DNA from: a virus
Strand: one strand, 5' to 3'
DNA: 64,000 nucleotides
IMG/VR virus record: IMGVR_UViG_3300042389_000724
Coordinates: 1-64,000 of that record
Part shown: piece after piece, positions 50,535 to 62,300 of the stretch
How the letters are laid out: every line of letters begins with the position of its first letter
Numbering within the stretch: the stretch's first letter is position 1
Translations under genes and position numbers: made by a program
Notes under the pieces: model-generated
The model's database searches: none
What the model was told of the DNA's origin: nothing
The model's input: the letters and a program-made list of their open reading frames with translations, nothing else

Positions 50535-53500
50535 ATGAGTGTAAGCAACATCATACTAAACACGAATGAGGAGACACTTGAAAACATACTGTCTCCTTTT
50601 ATAGAACAACAGTTTCCGCAGTTTGTTCGCACAGATCACAGAAAATTGGTTTTGTTTGTCAAGGCTTACTACGAGTGGTTGGAAAAGCAGGGCAATCCTG
50701 GATTTGTTGTTTCTCATCTTGATGAAGTTGCGGACATAGACGGCAACCTCGAACAGTTTTTTGATCATTTCAAACACACATATCTTGAGGGTTTTCCAGA
50801 ACTACTTGCTACCACGGTCACGGGTAACAAACCGAACAAGAAAACTCTGCTCAAGAAGATCAGAGATTTTTACGGAAACAAAGGAACCGAGAGTGCGTAT
50901 AAATTCTTGTTCAAGTTGCTGTATGACAGTGATTTGGAAATCTACTATCCTAACCGAGACATCCTAAAGGCATCGGATGGTATTTGGGTTGAGCCTTGTT
51001 CGATCAAGACAACTTCTGTGTCTGGTGCTGCTTTGTTCGGTGTTGAAGGTGGAAACATTTTGCAGTACACCGATGGAACTCTCACAGGCAGCGCATTCAT
51101 TGAATCTGTAGTTCAATACGAATTCAGCGGATATTCTGTTACCGAATTTTTCATCAAAGATATCAACGGATCATTCGTTTCAAATCAACAGGTAGTGCTT
51201 CAAAAAAATGCATTAGAGTACAGAGAGAATGCTTATTCGGTTTTGGGTGATTTCTTTGTTGAACTGCCAGGAGAAAATTACTCTATTGGTGATCGTGTGG
51301 TTGTGTATGATGATCGCGGAGTTGGTTTTTTGGCAAAGGTCGATCAGGTTGGATTGTTTGGAAATATCAAAAGACTCGGAATCATTAGTTCGGGTATCAA
51401 CTATCCTACCAATATTGTTGTAGACATATTCAACGAACGCGGAGAACGAACCGCAAAAGTTCAAGCACTTGCTACTGCTGTTACAAAGTATCCAGGATAT
51501 TTTTCTGGAAACAGTGGTAAGATATCTTCAAACAAGCGTGTTCAAGACGGTAATTACTATCAGCCGTTTTCTTATGAATTGAGGGGTTCGGTGTCTTTAG
51601 ACACCTACTTTGAGACTTTGAAATCCATTATTCACCCAGCAGGCATGAAAATGTTTGGGTCTATCTTGGTCAATGAAGTCCTGAAATCTTCTGCATATTC
51701 GTCTGCACAGGTAACGGTGTCTGAAACACCACTGATCGGTAGATATACCCCGTATACGCTTCGAACATTCAATGATTTGCGAGACAGTTACTTTTTGCCT
51801 AATCAGGTTACTGGTTCCACCCTACAGGTTTGGTTGAGTGCCTACAACATTGATGGGTTTACTAGCACGGGCGTTACGAATGGCGTGTTTCAACTTTTTG
51901 GCAATAAAAAAGATGCTTACGGAATACGGTATTGGAGAAGCATCAATAATGGAATCACATTTGAGCCAGCAAATGCAACAGGTGTTTTCAATCAAGCAGA
52001 ATCGGCACCGAGTTCCACTATTTGGCTTACTCCAAGACTGAAGGAGAATGCTGTTTCTACTCACAGCACGGTTGACATAAGACCATCCGATTCCACATCT
52101 GAAATTTCTACTGGCAGCGGAAATGCTCGCTCTCTTGGTTTTGCTGCTTCTTCTGAGAGACTTTCCACACTAGGACTAACAATGTCTCGTTCATACTTCG
52201 TGGTCTTTAAGCCTAGAAGTGTTGGAGTGATTGGAAATCTGGGACTAGCCAGTTCAGAAACTCAGCAATGGCTATTGGGCGACGCTGGAGCATATCACGG
52301 AATTCTGCTTGGACGGACAGGTCCTTCCACAGATACTGCTCTGAAAGCCATAGCGTTTCAGTGGAACAGTGGTTCAAATAGACCATCGGTTACAGTACCA
52401 ATCGGAAAAACTGGTGAATGGAAGTTGCTTGTAAACACATATGACCGAAACCCCGTAAGCGGAAACGGTCCTCTGTCGCTCTTTTTTAATGGAGTGTGTG
52501 CTGGAACCGTAGCAAACGCAGTTCCTATTGCGGCGGCTGTACAGAATGCGGGTGCCACATTTGGAGTTGGTTGTGTAAACAATTCTATCACCAGACAATT
52601 CGATGGAGAAATAGCAGAAGTTCTACTGTATCAGGGTGATGTTGGTCAACTGAACCGACAAAAAATAGAAGGATATCTTGCCCACAAATATGGTATATCC
52701 TCTGTTCTTCCGTCTACTCACCCGTACAAGTCTGCACCGCCAGGTGGATCGTTTGCTTCTGGTAAATGGTATGGAACCACTGGAGATTACTATCCAAACG
52801 GATACAATCCATACATTGGTTCGACTTCCGATGTCGGTGTCGATGGACTCACAGCACCACCTGGTTCTGTATTCATCCGCAAATATGCAGGATACACATA
52901 TACGGTTGCTCCTGAACTTGGAGTCACAAGCCACTCTCCTCTTGGCTCTCCGCTTGGCGGAATCACTTCTTGGCGTAGAAGGAAAGAAGTGAACAACGAC
53001 ATTTCGCAGATGAGTGGATTGGTGTTGTGGTTGAAGCCAGAAAACATTGGAGTGTGTGGATCTTTTGTCAACGGAGCAAGCATGGATGTGTGGAGAGATG
53101 CCTCTCCCTCTTCTAATGATGCAGTTCCACCAACATGGAATCGTTGGAATGGTATTGCTCACATAACAAAAACATCGGATGCAGCAAGCGATTGGGCGAT
53201 GCAATCATATGCGGGCAACGCTCCCATCACTAAACTGTCGTTTTTGCTTAATGGATTGTGTGGAGGATACACTAAAGGTAGACTCTTGATGGCTGGTTTG
53301 AATCAGAGTGGGGACATTGCCAATGCAAGTTATGCTGGAATTGATTATGCGTGGTATTCTGTTGGACCATATAGTACTGCTTTAACCCAGCAGCGAACTA
53401 TGAGAATTTATGAGTCTGGAACCAACATTGGCATAATCATGAATGCTGGAAATGATATTTCTGCATACGATGATGTTGTTTTTGATGTTGAGTATGAAGA

Positions 53501-56390
53501 GCCTTATATCGTGTATAGAGCCGATGGTGTTGAAAAGCGCAAAGTGTTTTCTGGTTACGGCAAGCAGTTTTATTTTGATTCTTCTTTCAATGCGACAACA
53601 TCAACGGGTATTGAAAAGGGACACTCTATCACGATCAAGGAGATGAGTTATCGCGGTATACCCGTTGTGCCTGCATTCACCAACACTACAGGAATAGAGA
53701 CAAGAAATTACGCTGGTAGCACACTGGATCATCTCCGTCCAGTGATACAGTTTGCTTCTGCTGCTGGTGCAACTGGAATCAGTTTCAACGGAGGGGTGAT
53801 TTATTCTCCGAACAGTGTTTGGGGAGGTCAGACTCTTCTGGCAGATTCTATTGATTTCGGAAAAACCTTCGGCACAGGAACCACCGCAAGTAAAATACTG
53901 ACGGGTCAGCACTTCTATCTCAGAACACCCCTAAAACTTTCTGAAGACGCTGATGTGTTCATGGTTTTCCGTAACACGGGAGAAACATGGGACAAGGGAG
54001 TTGGATTTGTTTGCTCTGAAGATGATTTGAGAAATCCTATCAACGACTCTGTGATTTTCCACAGATCATACAATTCAATTGATTCGGATCTTTCAAAGCA
54101 AGCACTAGGAACCGTTTCGTCGTATTACAAGGTGACACCTGGCGGGACGATATTGTATCCGAGCAACACCCCAACTGGTCTTGTTGGATTCCGCCCCGCT
54201 GGTGGAAGAACCGACTTGCAGTTGAACACCGTTGCATACGATCCTCATGTTTCTGGCGCTTGTTTGGGAACAGTGGTTGGGGAGTGGAGAAGAGGAGCGG
54301 ACAACAAAATCGAGTCTTTCTTGAACGGAGATTTGTCAACCAACGAATCCAAGATTACTGGAAGGAAGATAGCCTCTACCAATTTCCTTGGTGGAGATGG
54401 ATATGTTATTCGTAATGGTCTTCTTACCGAACTGGATGGAGTCACTTCGAATACTAGAAATCTTATTGCTGACTACGAAAACAATCTGCTTGCCCCGTAT
54501 ATTTCTGCGTGGCAACCAACTCCTGTGAACTGGTTGAATGAAACTCTTACTTGGACGGGAGATGGAACAGGAACATTTACGGCTGTTGATGTCACTGATC
54601 AGTATGATCGTTACGGTTTGATTCCCGCTACCCGTTACGGAATGAATCAAACTTATGAGATTCGTCCCAAATCATCCAACAACGCTTATTTGCAGTCGAA
54701 CAACGACTGGATTGCTGGTTTCAATGCAAATGTGTGGACTTTCAATGTTTGGGTGAAGAGAATAGATGAAGTGGATCTTCCTGGTTCTATGGGTGTGTAT
54801 GTCTACTCTCATGGAGTTGTTAGTGGCGCAGCAGTCACTCCTGTAAAAGAACAAAACGGTTGGCACAGACTGTCTCTGACAAGAACTGGTGGAGCGTATT
54901 CAGCGACAAATACGAATTGGGCTACTTCTGCGTCTCTTGTTGGAGTCTCTGGTCTACCAGCAGGAATAACTCTTCTTTTTAGCAACCCACAGTTGCTAAG
55001 TACAGGAACTGTTGCGGGTCAGTACTATTCTTCTAGTCTTGCTTCTAATGGCAGCAGCACTCCTGCAATATTCTCTAGTTTGCACAGTCACCTCAATCTA
55101 CCCACTGGATGGTCTGCATCTGGACCAATAGGAAATCATGAGATAGTGCATGGCTCTGACACAGAAGGATCAAACTTCAATCTCATATGGAGACTAAAGA
55201 ATAGAGTGGGTGCAACAGCAGAACGAGGAGTTACAACTGGATTCCATAGTCCTCTTGTTTCTGTTGACAGAACAAAGACCTATAGAATTTCTACATGGGT
55301 TCGAAGAGTAAACACCACTTCGGATAGTGGAACCGTGCTTTTTGGAATCACTTTTGCTGGATTGAGTCCCATCACGACAAAGAGTGGTTCTGGTTTCTCT
55401 TTCGGAAACCAATACGAACCATATGCAATTGCATCCACATCTCACGAAACTGTTGGTGGTGGGGATTGGAACTTGTATGTTGCTCATATTCATCCACACG
55501 GAAGTGCTATAGGTGAAAATCACTACGATACTGGACGATACCTATTTGATGTTGCATCAGCCAAAGGTATAAGTGCATCTCCTGAACCCGAAATTCTTGA
55601 GGATCTTGTTTGGGGAAGCGACACTTCTTCTGTTGGTGTTTCTTGTCTTGTTAGCGGAGCAGGCAACAAGAATTTGGAATTGTATTTCACCCAACCAAGA
55701 ATAGAACTGGTGGACGGAGCCGAGATATTTGTGAACGAATTGGTGAGTGCAAAAAACAGAAATTGGGAGGGGACTGGACTTGTTGGTGATGATCCATATC
55801 TTTACAATGGAACCTATCCGTCTTCACAATTCGATGGTGTTTTGCAGTTTGATGGCAAGAACACAAAGGTACTGACTACCGATTTGCAACAACTCACTGC
55901 AAACAGTTCATTCGAGTGTTGGGTTCGTTGTGATGAAATAGTGAATTACTACAATATGTTTGCGGGTTATTATGTTCCGTACATTGCACTTTCATCCCCA
56001 TCCGCTGGTAAGATCAGACCGAATGTGTGGAATAATTTTGGGGGTGTAGGCAAGAGTATCAGTACTCCATTGTTGTATGACATAAATCAGTGGCTTCACT
56101 TCGTGTATATCCAAGACTACGATGGATCAGCCAACACAAAGGCAAAAATATACATCAATGGATCAAAGACTATTGAAACTATATTTGCAGGCGCACCAAG
56201 ATCAGTCAAAGACAATCCACTGACAATTGGTGATGGAGGATCAGCACGGGACTTCTTTGCCACAGGATTCCGTACATCGTGGTATCCGTTCAAAGGAAAA
56301 GTGTCTAATGTTCGTGTATACAATCGTGTATTGGCTGATGAAGAAGTCTTGCAAAACTTCAATTCTCTGAGAAACCGTTTCGGTGTGTAA
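50535..56390 (+). CDS. 7: Baseplate wedge initiator gp7-like with multiple LamG/CBM-like C-terminal modules
   Basis: FVKAYYEWLE, FYGNKGT..AYKFLF, ILKASDG.W, QDGNYYQPFSY, HPAGMKMFG, then about 1500 aa of lectin-like domains; located between gp6 and gp8. Confidence 0.88.
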   Translation: MSVSNIILNTNEETLENILSPFIEQQFPQFVRTDHRKLVLFVKAYYEWLEKQGNPGFVVSHLDEVADIDGNLEQFFDHFKHTYLEGFPELLATTVTGNKPNKKTLLKKIRDFYGNKGTESAYKFLFKLLYDSDLEIYYPNRDILKASDGIWVEPCSIKTTSVSGAALFGVEGGNILQYTDGTLTGSAFIESVVQYEFSGYSVTEFFIKDINGSFVSNQQVVLQKNALEYRENAYSVLGDFFVELPGENYSIGDRVVVYDDRGVGFLAKVDQVGLFGNIKRLGIISSGINYPTNIVVDIFNERGERTAKVQALATAVTKYPGYFSGNSGKISSNKRVQDGNYYQPFSYELRGSVSLDTYFETLKSIIHPAGMKMFGSILVNEVLKSSAYSSAQVTVSETPLIGRYTPYTLRTFNDLRDSYFLPNQVTGSTLQVWLSAYNIDGFTSTGVTNGVFQLFGNKKDAYGIRYWRSINNGITFEPANATGVFNQAESAPSSTIWLTPRLKENAVSTHSTVDIRPSDSTSEISTGSGNARSLGFAASSERLSTLGLTMSRSYFVVFKPRSVGVIGNLGLASSETQQWLLGDAGAYHGILLGRTGPSTDTALKAIAFQWNSGSNRPSVTVPIGKTGEWKLLVNTYDRNPVSGNGPLSLFFNGVCAGTVANAVPIAAAVQNAGATFGVGCVNNSITRQFDGEIAEVLLYQGDVGQLNRQKIEGYLAHKYGISSVLPSTHPYKSAPPGGSFASGKWYGTTGDYYPNGYNPYIGSTSDVGVDGLTAPPGSVFIRKYAGYTYTVAPELGVTSHSPLGSPLGGITSWRRRKEVNNDISQMSGLVLWLKPENIGVCGSFVNGASMDVWRDASPSSNDAVPPTWNRWNGIAHITKTSDAASDWAMQSYAGNAPITKLSFLLNGLCGGYTKGRLLMAGLNQSGDIANASYAGIDYAWYSVGPYSTALTQQRTMRIYESGTNIGIIMNAGNDISAYDDVVFDVEYEEPYIVYRADGVEKRKVFSGYGKQFYFDSSFNATTSTGIEKGHSITIKEMSYRGIPVVPAFTNTTGIETRNYAGSTLDHLRPVIQFASAAGATGISFNGGVIYSPNSVWGGQTLLADSIDFGKTFGTGTTASKILTGQHFYLRTPLKLSEDADVFMVFRNTGETWDKGVGFVCSEDDLRNPINDSVIFHRSYNSIDSDLSKQALGTVSSYYKVTPGGTILYPSNTPTGLVGFRPAGGRTDLQLNTVAYDPHVSGACLGTVVGEWRRGADNKIESFLNGDLSTNESKITGRKIASTNFLGGDGYVIRNGLLTELDGVTSNTRNLIADYENNLLAPYISAWQPTPVNWLNETLTWTGDGTGTFTAVDVTDQYDRYGLIPATRYGMNQTYEIRPKSSNNAYLQSNNDWIAGFNANVWTFNVWVKRIDEVDLPGSMGVYVYSHGVVSGAAVTPVKEQNGWHRLSLTRTGGAYSATNTNWATSASLVGVSGLPAGITLLFSNPQLLSTGTVAGQYYSSSLASNGSSTPAIFSSLHSHLNLPTGWSASGPIGNHEIVHGSDTEGSNFNLIWRLKNRVGATAERGVTTGFHSPLVSVDRTKTYRISTWVRRVNTTSDSGTVLFGITFAGLSPITTKSGSGFSFGNQYEPYAIASTSHETVGGGDWNLYVAHIHPHGSAIGENHYDTGRYLFDVASAKGISASPEPEILEDLVWGSDTSSVGVSCLVSGAGNKNLELYFTQPRIELVDGAEIFVNELVSAKNRNWEGTGLVGDDPYLYNGTYPSSQFDGVLQFDGKNTKVLTTDLQQLTANSSFECWVRCDEIVNYYNMFAGYYVPYIALSSPSAGKIRPNVWNNFGGVGKSISTPLLYDINQWLHFVYIQDYDGSANTKAKIYINGSKTIETIFAGAPRSVKDNPLTIGDGGSARDFFATGFRTSWYPFKGKVSNVRVYNRVLADEEVLQNFNSLRNRFGV

Positions 56391-56405
56391 ACGAAAGGCG
56401 CAACC

Positions 56406-56945
56406 ATGCCAAGCGAAATAGTAGATCCCGATGACGAGTCACAGTTTCCCGCCGCTCCCGAGCAGTACAATTCTGCTCCTATTACTATTAGTAGGTTTGG
56501 TGCATATGTGCGTTCAACTGCTGAAAGCACATCATCTAGCCCTGTGTCTTCTTGGGTAAATGACCTCACAAACAACGCAACGAATCCTTCATTTTCTTTT
56601 TCGGGTGTTTTGAGTGAGGTAATAGTCTTCAATCGCAAACTGAATGAAACAGAAAGACAACAGGTATATGCCTATCTGTCGCAGAAATACAATTTGAACG
56701 AAAGACTGCCAAAATCTTTTGATCAATCTAGGAATTCTGCATATCAGGCTGGTCTTACATTCTGGGATGTAGAGAATCACCCAAACAAAAAGAACTTGGA
56801 CGAGTTGCCGTTTGTGTGTGAGTTTTCTGGTCTTACTTTGCAGTCGTTTTTCTCTATTCCTGATCTTGTGTATAAGTCTGTCGGAACTCGTCTGGCGGAC
56901 GGAACTACTCTTTCGGGCGATACATATACAAACATAGGACTGTAA
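56406..56945 (+). CDS. C-terminal half of a LamG-like domain, in frame with gp7
   Basis: FSGVLSEVIVFNRKL...ERQQVYAYLSQKY. Confidence 0.75.
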   Translation: MPSEIVDPDDESQFPAAPEQYNSAPITISRFGAYVRSTAESTSSSPVSSWVNDLTNNATNPSFSFSGVLSEVIVFNRKLNETERQQVYAYLSQKYNLNERLPKSFDQSRNSAYQAGLTFWDVENHPNKKNLDELPFVCEFSGLTLQSFFSIPDLVYKSVGTRLADGTTLSGDTYTNIGL

Positions 56946-56954
56946 GGAGAAGAC

Positions 56955-59321
56955 ATGGCATTCGTAAAAGCATCACTGAAAAGATCATACGCTGAGAGTT
57001 TCCTAGCCGAATTGGAGAGGAACGAAAATCAGTACTTCTTTTTTGTCGCCAAAGGCACTACATGGGAAAATGAAAACACTCCCAGTGAGTACATTGACAC
57101 GATTTTGTCAGAAAATCAAGTCATGGGAGAGATCATCGGATACAAAAAGATCATCCCGCAGGATGTTGTGTTCGCTGTTCCGAGATACGAATGGATCAGT
57201 GGTGTTTCTTATGACCGATATGATGATTCTGTGGAACTGTTTTCCGAAGATGATCCAAAGCAATTCTATGTGGTCACATCTACAAATACTGTGTACAAGT
57301 GTTTGGATAACAATGGTGGAGCAGTTTCTACCGTAGAGCCTACGATAACTTCTCCCACTCCTTTCACTACATCTGATGGTTATCGTTGGAAGTATTTAAC
57401 CACACTTCAAGAATCTGACATTCCATACGAACTCACAGACTATATGCCTATCGACAAGGCTGTTAGTGCTGTTGATGTAAACACGGTCAACCAGTTCAAT
57501 ACACAGATACAAGCCATTCCTGGTGAACTTGTTCGGGTTGATATTAGTAACGCTAGTGGTGCCTCTGCTGGTGTGTACCAAAATAGTGTGTTTAGAACCA
57601 ATGAAAACATCGCCAACGCTTACATTCAAGTTGCTGCTTTCACCAAGATAGATGCTGAAACAAGCACTGTAAAGATAACAGATTCTGTGTCAATTGGTCG
57701 TATCAGACAGGCAAGCGTTTCTGGTTTTAGTGTGTCGAATTATGTTGGACACGCCATTCGTGTCGAAGCAAGTACGGTGAACTCTTCACAGGTTGGAAAT
57801 TACGGAATAATAAGCGCAGTTCAAGAGACAGCAAACGATATTACATTCACGGTGAAGAATGATGTGGTGAATTTCATAGTCAGTCCTTCCACGGGAACTG
57901 GATGGGCATCTGTGGAAATTCTTCCGTTCATCAATATTGTTGGTGACGGTGAAGGTGCTTATGTAAAGCCAGTAATGAATACTTCAAAGAATATCACTGG
58001 CGTGGTGGTAGTTAGTGGTGGAAAAAACTACAACAAAGTTTCTTGCGTTCTCAACAGCAATAAAAATGCTGTTACAGTGCATCCAACTTTAAGACCTGTT
58101 CTGTCTCCTAAAGAGGGTCATGGAAGCAATATTTTGAGTGAACTAAATGCTCAGGATGTGATACTCATCATTAATATTGGAGAAGAACAAGCAAACAAGA
58201 TTATTGGGGGCGGATCTTACAGACAGTACGGAATCATAAAGAATCCTGTTTTGAGTAGTGGATTGAACAGAGTCGCTGGTACAGAAGATCCTCTGTATAG
58301 AGATCTGACAGTGATATGTCCGACGCAGTATTTCTCTCCTAATCATTTTTCTGGTGATCTCTACAATTTTATCACTGGTATCGAAAGTGGTGCTTCCGCC
58401 AAGGTTGTCGAACTTCGTGCATATTCTTCTCCCAATCCATCAGAGACATGGGCTACCATAAAAACAGTGAAGTCTAGTCCAGAGTTTCTGACTCAGCGAG
58501 CAAACAGGGACATTTACTATTTGAGTCTTGATCGCAGCCCTGTCCCCTCTTTTATTCTTGGTGAAACAGTTCGGCAGTCTGTTCCCGCAGGGACTGCAAT
58601 ATTTCAAAGCGTTTCATATGGATTTGATGTGTTGAGTAGAGGAACCGTGTTGTCGGTTTCTGGAGCAACTCTTGAGATTCGTCTGACTAGTAACAGCGGA
58701 TTTGTGGCTAATGTGCCTGGCGCGACTCTTGAGGCTGTTATTTCTGGTGTAACGGCTGCTATTACAGCAGTTTCTCCAAAGAATGGAGAGCGACTACTCA
58801 TCTCTTCGGCTATCGGGGATTCTGCTCAATTTATTGAAGATGCAAGCGGTAATCAGACAGGATATTCGGTTTATGAAATTGGCTCTCCTTACAGCAACCA
58901 AAATGAAATCCCTTCATACAGCGGACTGTATGTCTTGAATCTTGTAACCAGTGCGAACGCTGCTACTGGTGGATTGGACTTGACATCATCGCAGATGACT
59001 TTGAATTCATTTAGCAATGGAGACAAAATCGTTCAAGGCACTACAAGCGGCTATACCGATTACGCAACTGGTGATGTTTATTACTGGGATTTTGTGAATC
59101 CTGCTTATGGCAGACTATATGTTTCCAATGTTCTTGGTGTATTCAGGAGCGTTCAAACACACGGACTGACTGGTACTACTTTGGGGGCATTTGTGGTTGC
59201 CTCTGTTGACAAGCCAGAGATTAAACCTAATTCGGGTGAAATCTTATACATAGACAATGTACGACCCATTCAAAGAATTTTTGGTCAAGAAGAAGAATTC
59301 CGAGTCCGTCTTGGCTTCTAA
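56955..59321 (+). CDS. 8: Baseplate wedge subunit gp8-like with insertions
   Basis: VPRYEW..G..YDRY, FYVV....VYKCLDNN, DGYRWKYL, GHG, RQYGIIKNP, SGEILYIDN..PI.R...Q.E......F. Confidence 0.92.
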   Translation: MAFVKASLKRSYAESFLAELERNENQYFFFVAKGTTWENENTPSEYIDTILSENQVMGEIIGYKKIIPQDVVFAVPRYEWISGVSYDRYDDSVELFSEDDPKQFYVVTSTNTVYKCLDNNGGAVSTVEPTITSPTPFTTSDGYRWKYLTTLQESDIPYELTDYMPIDKAVSAVDVNTVNQFNTQIQAIPGELVRVDISNASGASAGVYQNSVFRTNENIANAYIQVAAFTKIDAETSTVKITDSVSIGRIRQASVSGFSVSNYVGHAIRVEASTVNSSQVGNYGIISAVQETANDITFTVKNDVVNFIVSPSTGTGWASVEILPFINIVGDGEGAYVKPVMNTSKNITGVVVVSGGKNYNKVSCVLNSNKNAVTVHPTLRPVLSPKEGHGSNILSELNAQDVILIINIGEEQANKIIGGGSYRQYGIIKNPVLSSGLNRVAGTEDPLYRDLTVICPTQYFSPNHFSGDLYNFITGIESGASAKVVELRAYSSPNPSETWATIKTVKSSPEFLTQRANRDIYYLSLDRSPVPSFILGETVRQSVPAGTAIFQSVSYGFDVLSRGTVLSVSGATLEIRLTSNSGFVANVPGATLEAVISGVTAAITAVSPKNGERLLISSAIGDSAQFIEDASGNQTGYSVYEIGSPYSNQNEIPSYSGLYVLNLVTSANAATGGLDLTSSQMTLNSFSNGDKIVQGTTSGYTDYATGDVYYWDFVNPAYGRLYVSNVLGVFRSVQTHGLTGTTLGAFVVASVDKPEIKPNSGEILYIDNVRPIQRIFGQEEEFRVRLGF

Positions 59322-59330
59322 GAGGAACAC

Positions 59331-62300
59331 ATGGCATACGATCCAAGCATATTCAATATCAATCCTTACTACGATGACTTTGATGCAGCAAAGGGGTTTT
59401 TGCGTGTTCTCTTCAAGCCTGGATATGCAGTTCAGGCTCGTGAACTAACACAGGCTCAAACACTTCTACAGAATCAACTATCGAAAATAGGAGATCACCT
59501 TTTCAAGGATGGATCTCGTATTATCGGTGGTGGCATTTCTGTGAGAAATGCATCTTACATCATGGTAGATGCTGGAGTTTCTTCTCCTCTACTCGGTGCT
59601 ACCAATTATGAAGACTTGATTGGTTCTGTTTTGACATCAAGTATTGATGGTGACCTGACCGAAGCACGGGTGGTTCATTATGTTGCTCCCGATGTGTCCT
59701 CGGATGGATTGCTGGTACTTATCGTTGATTTTGTCTCTGGATTTGCATTCGAAAGCAGTTTCAATCTCACGAAAGGATCTTTTCAGTATAACGGCTTTGT
59801 TCCTGCTCCATCGGCTTTTTTAGACGGTGTTGAGTACCCATCAACAGGAACCTGCAAACTCGTATCCGTAAACGAGGGAGTCTTTTATATTGATGGATTC
59901 TTTGTGCGTTCTTCCACGCAATTCTTCTCTCCATATGAGAAAAATGCTGTTCGTAGAGATTTTCGATTCGACGGTTTTAGTCAACTGAATAAAAAGATTG
60001 GATTCTTGATTACCCGTGATGGTGTAACGGAACGAGATGACAATACTCTGAGAGATCCTGCAATCGGATCGTACAACTACAATGCGCCTGGAGCAGATCG
60101 TTACAAGATAACTCCTGTGCTTTCACAGGTAGAACTTTTAGATACACCTGATGATTTTGTTGAACTCGTTCGTTTTGAGGGCGGAAAGGTTGTAAAGAAA
60201 GCAGATCGAATTTCTTATGGCGAAATAGAAAAAACACTAGCCAGAAGAACATTCGATGAGTCTGGTTCATACAGCGTGAATCCTTTTGATATCTCTATCA
60301 AGAGGACTGCTGACAGCACAGAGTATTTCAATCTTGTCATGGGTCAAGGTAAGGCTTACATTCTTGGGCAAGAGGTTGAAAATGCCTATCCAAAAGTTTT
60401 GCCGTTTCCTAGAGCGCAGACCGTTCAAGAAGAGGGGACATCAAGTCCTCTTTCCTACGATTTCAGCACGGGAAACTATTTGGATGTAACATTCAACTCA
60501 GATTCTCAAACACTATTCGCCAGCAATCTACCGTCTATTGCGTCAGGCTCTGTGCTTGCGAGATTTTTTGGAACAACCAACAACACCGTTGCAACTGGCT
60601 ATGTTCATGGTGCAATTCCCACGAATGCAAACGGTGTATCAGCGAAAACATATAGGCTCTATCTGTACGGTATAAGCGGAGCAGTTCAGAGTGGAAGATC
60701 TGCTTGCATCTATCTCCACACAAACGGAAACACACTCGGAAGATTTGCTCCATCATCGGGAACAACATTTCCTTCTCCGTCTCAAACCGTACAGCAGTCT
60801 TTGGTTTACGAGGTTACTCCAGGATATGCAGTATCTGATTTTTCTTCTTTGAGGGTTGTTGGCAAACTTGTTGGTGGAAACACCAATCTTGTTGCTGCCT
60901 CGCACACTGCGCCAAACACCACATACAGTGTAACAAAAGATCACTTCAGTGATTCATTAGTGAGTCCGAGTTCTAGTGTTTTTTCTTTCTTCAATTACGG
61001 TTCTGGTGCTAACACTTCCTCAAGCGACACGCAAGAGATTGCTATCATTGATCAGAACGGAAATGCATTTGTTCCTCCAGCATCTGGAACAATATTGTCC
61101 TCTGTTGACACATCTCAGTTTTCGTTGGTGATTACGAATGCTGCAAATGGATTCACCAGCGGTAGTTTCCGTATAGCCGCTCCCGTAATATACACTCCTG
61201 TTATCAGTGATGTGAATACCTACCGATACAAGACCACTGCTACTTCAACTCATCAATTTGTTACCAACTCTTTCAAGACAGATTCTGTTGGCAGAAAGTA
61301 TTTTACGCTTCCGCACATTGATGTGTTCTCGATTTCTTCGATTGTAAATCAGGCTGATCAACAAATTTTTGCAGATGATTTTGAATTGGATGATGGTCAA
61401 CGCGAATCGCATTATGAAAATGCTAGACTGTATATCAAAGAGAATGCTTCTAGCAAGTCCGTTTACAATGGAACAGCAGGAACAGCGATTACTCTTGTTG
61501 TGTCCTACTCCAGGTTTACCCACAATGGTTTGCAGTGTGCTCCATTCATAGGAAAACACTCATACACAGATCTTGAATATGAAAAGATTCCTCTTTACAC
61601 AAATCCCAGAACAGGAAAGACCGTTTCTCTTGCAAATTGCATAGACTTCAGGCGGTCTGGTTTGACATCATCGGTGGCTATGCTCAAGCCATATGGTCGC
61701 TCCGAGTTTGGTACAATTGGCGACACGCAGATCAAGTACAGCCACTACTTGCCAAGAATTGACAAGATTTGTTTGAAGGCGGATGTAGAAGACGGATCTC
61801 CTCTGTTTTTCTTGGAATCTGGTACACCAGATATTTCACCCGTGTCTCCTTCAGATCCAGCAGACTCTTTGGTGCTAGCAACTCTCACCGTTCCTGCGTA
61901 CACACATAATCCAGAAGACATCATGATCTCTCCCGTGAATTCGAAGAGATATACCATGTCTGATATTGGACGAATGGAGAAGCGTGTTGATGATGTAGAG
62001 GTGTTTACTAAACTATCTCTATCTGAAACAGAATTGGAAACGCGATCACTGAAAACATCGGTTTCTCAAACAGAACCGCTGAAGACTTCTATCTTTGTGG
62101 ATGAACTGTATGGACACTCTTCTTCGGATGTAGTATCCAATTTCCATTCATGTTCTATAGATTTGGAGCGATCTGAACTAAGACCATTCTTTGTTCCGTT
62201 TGATGTTGGTTTTGTGGAAGGTGTCACATCCGATACTCGTGAATCTGCTGATGGAATCGTTACACTAAATTACACATCAAAACTCTACATCGACAACAAG

